Shown one piece after another: positions 13,101-22,830 of a stretch of 64,000 nt of DNA (the stretch's first letter is position 1; each line of letters begins with the position of its first letter). The translations under genes and the position numbers were made by a program. The notes beneath the pieces were generated by a model. That model saw only the letters and a list, made by a program, of their open reading frames with translations. It was not told where the DNA came from and searched no databases. The DNA lies in assembly GCA_963575745.1 (NCBI GenBank), contig CAUYUJ010000030.1, positions 1-64,000 of the forward strand. Reading direction: 5' to 3'. Source of the stretch: Prorocentrum cordatum (taxonomy: Eukaryota).

Positions 13101-16100
13101 GAGAGGTGGAGCCTGGGGGTGCACGGCCATGGATCGCGGGGAGAGGGCTCCACAGGGTGGCAGCCTTCCCAATCCAGCGGGCGCATGGATGAGCGCGAGA
13201 ATGAAGCCAGTGAACATCGAACCCCCATCCCGACCTGAGACAACGCAGCCGCCCAGTGAGTGATGTCGATGCCAGCGCCAGGGAAAAGGCGCGGCAAGGC
13301 AGAAATGTCCGCGATGAACGGCGCGTCCTTAGCAGCACCGGTAAACCCCACACTGCTCGACTTTAAAGCCCCAGGAGCGGGGGCCTCGGCACCAAGAGCG
13401 GCGCCCGGTAGAGACAGCGGGCGTCGGATCTAAAGCCCCAGGAGAGTGGGCCTCAATACCGCGGTGAAACCGGCAAACATGGCCTGTCTCGGCTCGCGGG
13501 GGGCCTGGGGCCGAGCAAGATTCGTGATGGCGTAACGAACTCCTCCCTGCGGGGCCGCAACAGGCAACATCGTCAGCCGACTCCGCGCACACACGGGTGG
13601 AACTCGGACCGGCGAGCCGCGGCCAAGCGGGCCAAGGGGGTGCGTCGAAGCCGAGCGAGGGGCGCGCTGCCGGGGCGCATGCCTACCCTCGCGGCCTCTC
13701 TCGGCCCATCTACCCCGAGCGGCGGCGACAGTACAAAAGGGCGTTAGAGGCGGCCCCGAACCTCGGCCACGAGCGGGCCTCCCGACGCTGCCGGTGACTG
13801 CTTCGGGGGCCCGGGCGGCGGGGCCTCGGGCTCTCCGCCCGCCGCGGCGGCGAGGCCCGTGACAACGGCGAACCCTGGCGGACAGGGTAAACCCTGGCCG
13901 AGCCCCGAGCTGAGGTCGCGCCGAAGGCACAACCGGGTCGCCAGACCCGGGGGAGTCGCGGGCAGCGGCCGCCACCGCCGGAGCTGAGCCTGGCAAGGCC
14001 ACGGGGGGGCTCCCACACACAACGAGCGACTGCGGCGAGTCGCGGCGGCTCCAGCGGGCGCCGCCGCTCGCAGAGGCCCGCGCGCTGGCAGCACAAGCCA
14101 TCCGACTCGCGCCTGGCGGCCCCAAGGCAGAGCTTGGCTGGGACGCGGAGAAGGCACCTCCGAGCGACCGCGGCAGGTCACGAGGGCTCGCAAGATCCGC
14201 ACAGATCTCAGGAGGCCCTACGCGCGCAACAGAGGCTAGCTGGGTCGAAGAAGCCAGTCGGCCCGGAGCGGGCCCAACGCTGGCCGCCGAGGCTCGCTGG
14301 GAGCCGTCCCGAACGCGGGGACCAGACCAGGCAGGGGCGCGGACGGTTCCCCGCATGCCCCGAGCAACCGGGGCAGGTCGGGATCTGGCGCGTGCGACTG
14401 GTGCCCGGCACGCCTGCCGTAGCGGCGCTGGGAGCCGTGCGACGGGGAGTGGCAATCGCGCTGACGGAACGAACTTCCCCCTGCGGCGCCGAAACAGCCT
14501 CGCTAGAGACGCGCATTCCCACCCTCGCGACCACACTCGTCCCAGGCTCGCTTAGCAGCTGCGGCGCTGGCGCGGGCGGCCGAGGGACGAGGCAAGGTGC
14601 CTCGCGCGCCGTCCTCACAGGGGTCAGGCGGCACCGCCACGACGACGTCGCGCCAGCCTTTCCCTTGACAGGCGGCTTCGCCTTGATCTGAGCGGAGGCT
14701 GGCCTGGGCAGGGGCCCCCGAAACCGCAAGGGCGAGGGCCTCCGTAGGCGCAGCAGCTGCACCAGGAGGGTTGCCGGCGGCACGGCAGTGCTTCCCAGCG
14801 GCGGCAAGGCCTGCCCGCCGGCCGCCTCGAGAAGGTCGAGGCCCTCGACGGCATCGAAGCCTGACGGTGGCAAGGGCCTCTCCAAAGGGGCGGCCGAGGG
14901 CCGCTTGGTCCACGCGGCGACCAGCGCCGAGGGGACTGACGCGGCCCGTCCTGGGACCCGCATTGAAAACGCGGAGGCCCACGCCAGAATCCCCTACTGC
15001 GGGGGCAGATGGCGCCATCTCCCCAGAAGGGCAATGCTCCGCCTGAGCAGGCACAGCTGGAGGCGGATCCCTCGCCTCGCACGCGTCTCGAACCACGCTG
15101 CTCGGGTGAGGACGAGAGCGGAGCGAGCCCGCGGCGAAGGCCGCCGCTGCGACAGCAGGCGTAAGGGTGGCCTGGCGGGCAGCTGCAACGAAAGCCGTTC
15201 AAAAAGCCGCGGCGTCGGCGGCTGGTTTCGTCCCAACCACAGCCTCTTGGCGCGGAGGGGCAGCCGCGGACAGGGCGCCCCCCGGCCGACGGCGATATGC
15301 TGCGAGGGCTCGAATCGGCGGCAGCGGCAGCAGCTGGCTCGCCTTGAGATGGCGGTGGGGTCCACAAGAGCGGGAACGTAGCGAGTCCCGAGACTGTGGT
15401 CCACTGCGGACTCCCGTCGCTAGTCAGAGGAGCCCCAACCGCGGTAACGGGCGCGCACAGCGGGCGCGGCGTCGGCATCCGATCGCCCGCTCCCGTGCCA
15501 GCGGTACCAAGGGGCGTGCACGCTGGGCGCGGAGGCGGGATCCGCCGGAGTGGGGGTACCGGGGGACCCGAGACCCTGGCCCCTTGCTCGATGTCGGTAG
15601 GAGACAACGGCAGCCCATCGGCGGCGGCAGCTAGGCGCGGGATGACCGAAGGTGGCACGCGGTCGCCAGCCTGCAGGCCAGAGAGGCCCGGAGGCGGCCC
15701 CACCTGCCTGACGGTTGGAGAAGGCAACACACAGGCGGAATCGAACGGCACCGACCCGCTCAGCGCGCGTGGCGGGGCCGCAACGGAGGCAGCACTCCAG
15801 CCCGCGTCAGCAAACGGGTTCGCGAAGGACGGATCCTGAGGTGGGACCCACTGCCAGGCAGTAGCGTCGAGCCACTGTGGAAGCACGAGGTCAGGAAGAG
15901 GAGGAGGAGGAGGAGGAGGAAGATGAGGAGGAGAAGCGAGTGAGATGTGGGTAAAGTCCTCCTGCTCCTCCTTACTCCAGGAAATCCTTTATTTCCTGTC
16001 CCTCGAGTTCCAACCGCAATGCCCGCGGGTTGTCTTCGAACGCCGGGCGTCTCTCTGCAGGGCGGCGCGCGAGCGCTGCAGGCGGGCTGGGGCGTCTCTG

Positions 16101-16848
16101 CTTCGCGGCGGCAGAATCCCTCGACTCAGACTGCGTGAACGGCAGGAGGTTGGCGAGGGAAACTGGAGCAGGTGCGAGAGCGGAAGCGAGTGCCGAGGGG
16201 AGGTGGGAGCCTCCCCCAAACAGCGGCGCATCAACACTCCTTCCTCGGATGAAAGTCTCCGTCTCCGCCGCCCCGAGACTCGGGGGAGAAGGGCAAGGGG
16301 AGGAAGGAGGAGAGGTGCGCAGCGGCGAAAGGGAGGCAGGCGCCATCGGACGCCGAGCCTGCAGGGCGGAAGCCCGAAGCTAACGCCACGCGTGCAAACG
16401 CTGTGGCCGGCGCGGGAGGAACCCGCGAGCAGGCCAGCCGCCTGCTTGGACGGGTTGGCTGAAGTCAAGCCCGGATGACACGGGCGCGCACTGCCAGGGG
16501 GCAGCGGCGCCCGAGCGGAGAGGGTGCACTCTCGCCGCTGCCGGGTGCCCACAGGAGGTAGCCGGCCCACCCCCAGCCGAGCTCTGGCTGGCGGGGTCAA
16601 GGCGCGACCCCGAAGCAGCCAAAGCACGGAGGAAGCGATGGGACCCCTGCCTACGGCAGTGACCCAAAGAACGCTCGTAGCCCAGGAAGCAGGACACCGC
16701 CGCGTAGAAGAAGAGGGGCCTGAGCGGCGGTGGCAACCGCAAGCCCCCGGGCGCCCTGGCCGCGCGCGCGGCGGGGAAGCTGGGGGGCGAGCGGGGCAAG
16801 CTTAGGGCCGAAAGACTGTAGAAGCCGTTGAGGACGGGTCGCTGAGAA
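10105..16848 (-). mobile_element. Degenerate tyrosine-recombinase retrotransposon (DIRS/Ngaro-like): gag-like region, RT N-terminus only, YR domain; boundaries approximate
   Basis: RT-proximal segment KWDYSPEFDPTPYLSD..REVFLNP...RKWDACGAL...CGAFQAP (~12650-12380). YR-type segments AWDVEKR, PPLPRVLLRAMVALCLAWDW, RKQFARCSDRAVVRMMELVF, FRTRWVAFLSALGVP and SYLAD (~11280-10300). GGA tracts at 9970-10100 and 16850-16885 flank it. Confidence 0.68.
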
Positions 16849-16899
16849 TAAGAGGAGGAGGAAGAGGAGGAGGAGGAGGAGGAGGCACCTCCGTCGGAC

Positions 16900-17200
16900 T
16901 TCTGCTGACCTGGGTCGATGCAAACCTGGGTCAGTCAGGCTTTGCAGGATCGTGCAGGATCCTGCTAGGGCGCCACATGCGAAACCGACCCCTACCCGCC
17001 ACGATTTCAGAGGGGGAGGATGGGGTTCACTTCGCTCGGGAGTTCCCGAACGAAGTGAGCCCCACCCTCCCCCTCAGAAGTCGTGGGGGGTAGGGGTAGG
17101 GTTCGCATGTGGCCCCCTGCCTGCAGGATCCTGCACCCAGGCCCAGGTCAATGCGACCCTGGCCAGGTCAATGCACCCAAGCCCAGGATCCTGCAAGATC
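16900..17200. repeat. Long imperfect palindrome / foldback element
   Basis: 16952-17041 is the reverse complement of ~17043-17136 (gtgcaggatcctgc...gccacatgcgaa...cttcgctcggga | ttcccgaacgaag...ttcgcatgtggc...gcaggatcctgcac); outer gacctggg/cccaggtc arms extend it. Confidence 0.88.
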
Positions 17201-17264
17201 TGGCGCTCTGGCTGAGCTCCGTTTAAGTTGACCCCCGTCTCAAGGCCCCCGACCTTGGTGTAAT

Positions 17265-17449
17265 TCGGCGGCCAGCCCAGGGACAAGCGAGAGGGGGCGG
17301 GCCTTTGGAGAAGGCTCGGAAGTCCTCCGGCCTTCTGAGAAGCCTTCGAAGCCTTCCCCGAAGGCACAGGCGCGAGGGCCCTCTGAGAAGTCCCGCCGCC
17401 TCCTGAGAAGGCCTTCTCCTTCTCACTCCCCCCCCTCGCTCGCCGCCGA
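17265..17449. mobile_element. MITE family A copy (not shown to be intronic)
   Basis: TIR tcggcggccagc...gctcgccgccga; 5-bp flanks gtaat/ggaat; interior homologous to 19236-19456. Confidence 0.85.
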
Positions 17450-17645
17450 GGAATGCGGACCTCAACACATGCTCCCTGGCGATTTGTTTCGGATGCGGGG
17501 TCCTCTTCAGGGCCAGAAGCGGCGCGTGCTGTGCAGCGCGCGGGCAAGGCAACAAGAGGTGGAGACTCCGAGTTGCTCCTCGGCCGGCTCTGTCCAGAGC
17601 GAGCCGAGCTGTCCCTCTCGGCGCTGCAGAGGAAACCAGGGTAGG

Positions 17646-17806
17646 GTTAGGTCGGGCATGTCGCCATACAGGCGGATTTTGGAGGAAAAATCAAAATAGC
17701 CAAGCAATACTCAAATTTGGTCAAAACACACTCGACAAATCGTCCACATACTATTTGTTGGCTACTATTGCATATTCCTCCTGTAGAGGGACATGCCCGA
17801 CTTCAG
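17646..17806. mobile_element. MITE family C copy with 6-bp TSD
   Basis: TIR gttaggtcgggcatgtc...gacatgcccgacttcag; TSD ggtagg at 17640-17645 and 17807-17812; AT-rich interior shared with 31078-31236 and 44366-44511. Confidence 0.88.
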
Positions 17807-18274
17807 GGTAGGGGGAGGAGGCACACCGCTCTCTCTCTCTCTCTGTGTCTCTCTGCCATGGCCTGTGGCCTCGCCTCATGCCAGTGCAAGCGCACGTGCG
17901 TGCGCACGGACGGACACGTGCACCTGAACCTGTGCACGCACGTGCGCGCCATTACGCGTGTGCGTGCCAATGTGCGTGCGCATGCATATGCAAGTACGCA
18001 TTGTACGTTCAGGCATTACTTCCTCGTCACACATCGTTTCCAGACCGAGCGCAACTTCCTGTGAATAATGGCGGGTCGGAGACGGCCGAAGGAAGCTACC
18101 CCCAAGCCCAAAAGGTAGCAGGCAGGGAAACGAAACACGGCCGATTCCTGCTGTGAATGTCTGCCTATCGATTCCAGCCTGGGAGATCAGAGGAGCGACA
18201 GCGCTGCCTAATTATCGGAGCAGCCCGTCTGCCTCGACGGCAACCTGCAAGTGAGATGTGTCCGTTCGACGCAG

Positions 18275-20270
18275 TCACGGCACGTGCCCGCCCACTGCCA
18301 ATAATGCGGGCAGGAGCAGCGCGAAGGCGGTGCACCGGAGAGCTCCAGCACCGTCGGCCATCAGGAACCAATTGTCCGCCCAGTCCAGATACTGCTCTCG
18401 CAGGTCCCAGTGCGTCGGCTCCCTTTGGTAGTGCTTCGGGTTCGGGTGGTAGACGGTGCCGCCGTTGAACACAGCGGCAGCCCACCCGAGGCTGCTGAAG
18501 CTCGTGACCAGCACGTCGGCCCGCGCCATGCAGAGGAGCGCCTCGCGGGGGTTGTTGTTGACCACGAAGTGCACCTCCTGGAGCACACTGTCGCAGGGCG
18601 CGGGGGGCTCGAGCCTGCCGGTCGCGTGGAAGCGTGGCGCGTCCGCGTCACCGGCTGCCGGCGGGAAGGCGAAGCCGGACAGGTTGCTCTGCCGGAGGGC
18701 CTCGCGGGACAGGCCCCGTGCCTCGGTGTACACGTGCACCGCCAGCCGGCGGCCGCGCCCCGGCAGGCCGCACAGCCAGCGCGCGAAGGAGCCCTTGTTG
18801 CTGGAGCAACAAAAGAAGGCACGGGCACCACCCTTCGGAGCTCCGCGCGCACTGCCTGGAGCGGCGCTGGGCCCGCCTCCCTGGCGCGCCGAGCGCGTCC
18901 ACGGGGCGGGTGCTGGAGGCGCTGCCCAAAGGGGGTGCAGCGCAGATCCGAGAAGTCCGCGCGGAGCTCCGAAAGTGTATGTCGATGCGATGTTTTCTTC
19001 CTCGAGGCTCATCTGCTGGGTGACGGCATACATCGAAGAGTCCCCCACGTCCCCGCGCCGAACGTGCACGGCGGCGTGCAGCAAGTCATCTGGCCCGCCA
19101 AAGCCGCAACGTGCCTCGCGCCGGCCCGCCAGCTGGCGCAGCGGGGCCGAGAAGGCGCGCGCGCTCTCGAACAGCCGTTGCCGGGCGGCTTTGGAGACGC
19201 CCTCGCGCGCGACAAAGTTCCAGACGAGGCCCTCTTCGGCGGCGAGCCTGGGGGGGAAGTGAGAGGGAGCGAGCCTTCTCAGCAGCTAAGCTCGAAAGTT
19301 CCCTGGCCTTCTGAGAAGTTTCCTGTAAGCCTTCCCCGAAGACACCGAACCCGAAGACACCGAACACTTCTCGGGAGGCGCGGGGCCCTCTGGGAAGCCC
19401 CGCCGCCTTCTGAGAAGGCCTTCGCCATCTCCCTTCCCCCCCTCGCTCGCCGCCGACCTCTGGAAGCTGCCCGCCCTTGGCCTTGAACTGGAAGCAGCGG
19501 AGCGGGGAACCACCCGCGCCCGCCGGGCCGGGAGGCGCCCGCCCACCCGGCGCGCCCCACAGCAGCACGCGCCCCTCCGGCCGCGGGCTCTGGCCCAGCA
19601 GGTCGGCCTGCAGCTCGAAGCGCCAGCAGATCAGCGGATAAAGCTGCCCGCCTGGGTCGCCCGGCGCGCCCGCGGGGCTCTCGTGGCACCACACTGCGCC
19701 GTGCTCCCACTCCGCCAGGTGCACCGCGCTTCCAGCAGGCGGCAGCGCCAGGGCTACCGCGAAGAAGCCCATCTGCAGCGCTGCAGCGACCACCTCTATC
19801 GCCTTCTTGAAGCGCGCGCCCAAGCCGTCATTGATACCATCTACGTGCACTAGCAGCGGCTGCGGGCCAGTGGCGCTTAACTCACGCAAGCGCGTCCGCA
19901 GCGAGTCGGCAGCAGTGGCTGACTCCGGGAACGGCAGCACCTCGACCGCCCCTACACACCGGTGCGAAGCGAACCTCTCCACCCACTCAGGGGCTTTGAT
20001 GCTGCCGGCGTGCAGGCCGTCCCTACCGACCTTCTCGAAGGCCGCCATAACATCCCCGGTTCGCACGAGATCTGCACCCGACGACGCATTCAGGTGGCTG
20101 AGGCAGTCAGCGTCCGTGAAGAGGCAGTCCGCGAACCGCGCCAGCACGGCGTCCTCCGGAGCATCCGCTTCGCATTCACTGGAGCCGTCCTCTGGAGCCA
20201 CCACGCCGCTGGGCCGCGCCCGCGACCATGCCACCAACGCTAGGGCGGACCACGGCAAGGCGCGGGGCAT
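18275..20270 (-). CDS. Fucosyltransferase-like glycosyltransferase (GT11/GT23-type motif), ~520 aa; exons 20270-19458, 19231-19001, 18793-18275
   Basis: N-terminal hydrophobic segment (MPRALPWSALALVAWS), NDGLGARF, AVHVRRGD (GDP-fucose-binding motif I), VHVYTE and MARADVLVTSFSSLGWAAAV. All three exons are 3n and join in phase 0 at AG|G junctions. Confidence 0.8.
18794..19000 (-). mobile_element. MITE family B forming putative intron 2 (GA-AG, 207 nt, in frame)
   Basis: Internal inverted repeat TTCGGAGCTCCGCGCG/CGCGCGGAGCTCCGAA; homology to 2203-2360 and 47746-47980; AG|GA donor and AAG|G acceptor. Confidence 0.7.
19232..19457 (-). mobile_element. Introner-like MITE (family A) forming the whole of intron 1
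   Basis: Element 19236-19456 with TIR TCGGCGGCGAGC..GGGGGGAAG / CTTCCCCCC..GCTCGCCGCCGA; perfect TSD AGAGG (+ cctct at 19231-19235 and 19457-19461); donor GAG|GT, acceptor AG|G. Confidence 0.88.
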
Positions 20271-20307
20271 CGGGGCGACGCCACGCCGCAAAGCGAGAGA
20301 GCCACGC

Positions 20308-20330
20308 GCTCAAGATGGTATGAGCCAAAT
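20308..20330 (-). other. Possible degenerate tandem SL relic upstream of the glycosyltransferase
   Basis: ATTTGGCTCATA-CCATCTTGAGC compared with TTTTGGCTCAAG-CCATTTTGGCTC, ~40 nt before the ATG. Confidence 0.45.
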
Positions 20331-20719
20331 CTCATTGCACTGGCCTTGCAGACGTGCTGCCGCGGATTTCTGCGTGGATTGTTTGCCCGAAGCGGCGAGC
20401 GAAAAAAGAAATGAATTTCGCGTGGATTCTTTTTGGTCTTCATTCCTGGCCAAAAGAAACCGCACGAAATTCACCTCGAAATCCGGAACGAAATTCTCCA
20501 GGACACTCCGGCCCGACCCTATCGTTTTCCGAACGAAATCCGCTCTGCTATGTTACAATGTTGGCGCCATGACCAGTCTGCAGCTGCCACGTGAATTTCC
20601 CAAGCTGGGCGGCCCAAGCGATGTCAACTTCTGCTGTTTGCGCTCGCCACGTGAACGGCGGAAGGTGGTGGCCAGGGGGCGTGCCCAGGGCTCCTCCCAG
20701 CAGGTTCTTGGAATTCCTA

Positions 20720-20915
20720 GGGGAGGAGGAGGAGGAGGAGGAGGAGGAGGAGGAGGAGGAGGAGGAGGAGGAGGAGGAGGAGGAGGAGGGGGAGAAGGAG
20801 GGGGAGGAAGAGGAGGAGGGGGAGAAGGAGGAGGAGGAGGGAGGAGGAGGAGGAGGAGGAGGAGGAGGGGAGGCGGAAGAGGGGGAGGAGGAGGAGAAGG
20901 AGGAGGAGGAGGAGG
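20720..20915. repeat. (GGA)n microsatellite
   Basis: Direct inspection. Confidence 0.95.
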
Positions 20916-21725
20916 ACCAGCTTCGGCGGATCTCTTGATGTAACGGCCTCTTCTGTTTTCCCTTGGCCCAGAAACACCGATGCGCAAAACCACAATGAGG
21001 GCATTGGTGTGTTCTCGTCTTTCTCTGTTGCCTCCAAGAAGGCCCCCGAAAAGGCGAGGCGTTCTGCCATCACCCGTCCCTTCTCAACAGACTCCCAAAA
21101 TTATCTAAGAGGCCCACCAGACGGCCCAAGAGGCCCTCAAGATGCCCTCGCCAGGCCTCCAAGAGGGTACCATACTGTCAACGAGACCACTTGGACAGGT
21201 TGGAAATGCTAAGCATTTTAAAGTGATGTCTCCAGACAGTGGTTTCCAAGCGTTACGCACAAAACAAGGAGACCCTGGACAATCAAACGCGCCCCTCTCA
21301 CCAGGAAGCCCATTGCTGAGAAGCGGCAGTAGCAGCTAAACACCAACCTATGGCGCGCATGCCCTTCTCTGACAACCGCCATTCACTTGCGACTATCCTT
21401 GTCTACAGTAGCCTTTCTTTTTTTCTTTCAGTACAGGCACGATGCGTCGAGCAAGCAGCCAGAGATAAAGAGTTTACAGTACTGCCCGCTGCAAGGGAAA
21501 ACTTGCGCGCCAGCTAACTCATTCCAACCCGAATGCCGTGAATAAGTATCCGATCGCCCACTCCAGCGCTAACGCGTCTACCAAGAAAACGAGTCCATTC
21601 TTCCGAAACATATGCCGGTACGATGCAGAAATCCCCGTCCAGGATGCGCATATGTAGACATCCTACCTGCGGCATCTCGCCCTCCACACAGAGCTCCGTC
21701 AACGCACAGCCGCAGGTTGGGTTGG

Positions 21726-22019
21726 TCAACTCTTCGGGACACAATAGCCACCACTCATCCACACACAATCATTATGGGCAATGCACCCTGCTTGGTCCAG
21801 CGAAAACGCATCGCACTTGTCCCTATCATGGTGGGAACCTCCTTTGGCGTCGGCCTTGACGCCAAGATCGCCCCTCGCGTCCGCCATAGATTGGCGAGCT
21901 ACCTGCAGCGAAGTACTGCCATGGACAGTGGCTGTGTAAGCCTCGGCCTCAGTCTTGAGCGCGTTCGCACCGCACGCGAGCGCAATGAGGATCGCGACGA
22001 AGCGGAGGCGGAAAACCAT
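21726..22019 (-). CDS. Small intronless secreted protein (97 aa) with a C-terminal 4-Cys motif; probable retrogene
   Basis: MVFRLRFVAILIALACGANA signal peptide-like start; CDAFSLDQAGCIAHNDCVWMSGGYCVPKS end; SL relic ~46 nt upstream; A-rich tract downstream at 21412-21430. Confidence 0.7.
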   Translation of the reverse strand: MVFRLRFVAILIALACGANALKTEAEAYTATVHGSTSLQVARQSMADARGDLGVKADAKGGSHHDRDKCDAFSLDQAGCIAHNDCVWMSGGYCVPKS

Positions 22020-22065
22020 GTCTGAAGTTATCAATCCTTCGCGGAGTCTACAGTACGGAAATGTT

Positions 22066-22085
22066 GTGAGCCATAGTGGCTATGA
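22066..22085 (-). other. DinoSL relic
   Basis: TCATAGCCACTATGGCTCAC compared with CCGTAGCCATTTTGGCTCAA. Confidence 0.75.
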
Positions 22086-22144
22086 AAGGATAGTTGTATT
22101 GACATACGTATGTTAGCCAGCATGGACCTCAAACAGTGCCTTAT

Positions 22145-22592
22145 TGCACTGTGGAGGTGTTTGCTATATGGTGGAAGCTATGTGGTGAAAGCTATAGCGT
22201 GTAGACTATGTGGAGTGAGCTATGGAATGCAAACTATACAGTGGAAGCAATGTTGTGAAGCTACGTCGTGTAAGCTATGCGGTGTGCGCTGGAGGTGTAA
22301 GCTAGTAGATGTACGCCAGGTGGTACACGCTATGGCGCGCAAGCTATTCGGTGTAAGCTGCGCGATGCAAACGATGTGCTGCGATCAACGTCGTGTATGA
22401 TTCGTGAGGAACAACAATGTGGTGTAAGCTATGTGGCGTAAGCTATGTCGAGTACGTTACGCGGTGCAAATTACAGGTGGAAGCTATAGGGTGTAAGCTA
22501 CGCGATGTGCAAGCTATGGGGTGTAAACTGAGTGGTGAAAGCTATGCGACAAGCTATGTGGTGTAAGCTATGTCGTTAGAGCTACGTTGTGT
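22145..22592. repeat. Degenerate ~15-bp minisatellite (GTGTAAGCTATGTG)
   Basis: aagctat recurs more than 15 times. Confidence 0.88.
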
Positions 22593-22597
22593 AACCT

Positions 22598-22830
22598 CAC
22601 GGGGCGCCCACGAGCCAGCACGGGCGACAACGTGGCGCAACCTCGACATACACCCCAAGCGCGGGGCGCCCACGAGGCGCACACAAGACGCCACGGGCGG
22701 CAACGTGGCGCAACCTCGACATACCCCCCAAACGCGGAGCGCCCACTAGACACACACAAGACAGCACGGGCGGCAACGTGGCGCAACCTCGACATACCCC
22801 TCAAACACGGGACGCCCACAAGGCACCCAC
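22598..22830. repeat. ~73-bp tandem repeat, 3 copies
   Basis: caacgtggcgcaacctcgacataccc at ~22628, ~22701 and ~22774. Confidence 0.9.

Noticed and set aside
16800..16825. SL relic at the 5' end of the YR element (CTACAGTCTTTCGGCCCTAAG)
   Set aside because: Too many mismatches to separate from chance.
17511..17640. Possible + strand exon between MITE A and MITE C
   Set aside because: AG|G boundaries exist, but there is no recognisable protein and no connectable neighbouring exons.
22145..22830. CRISPR-like repeat-spacer array (also considered for 52830-55215)
   Set aside because: The inter-repeat sequences are homologous to each other rather than unique spacers; eukaryotic context with no cas genes.
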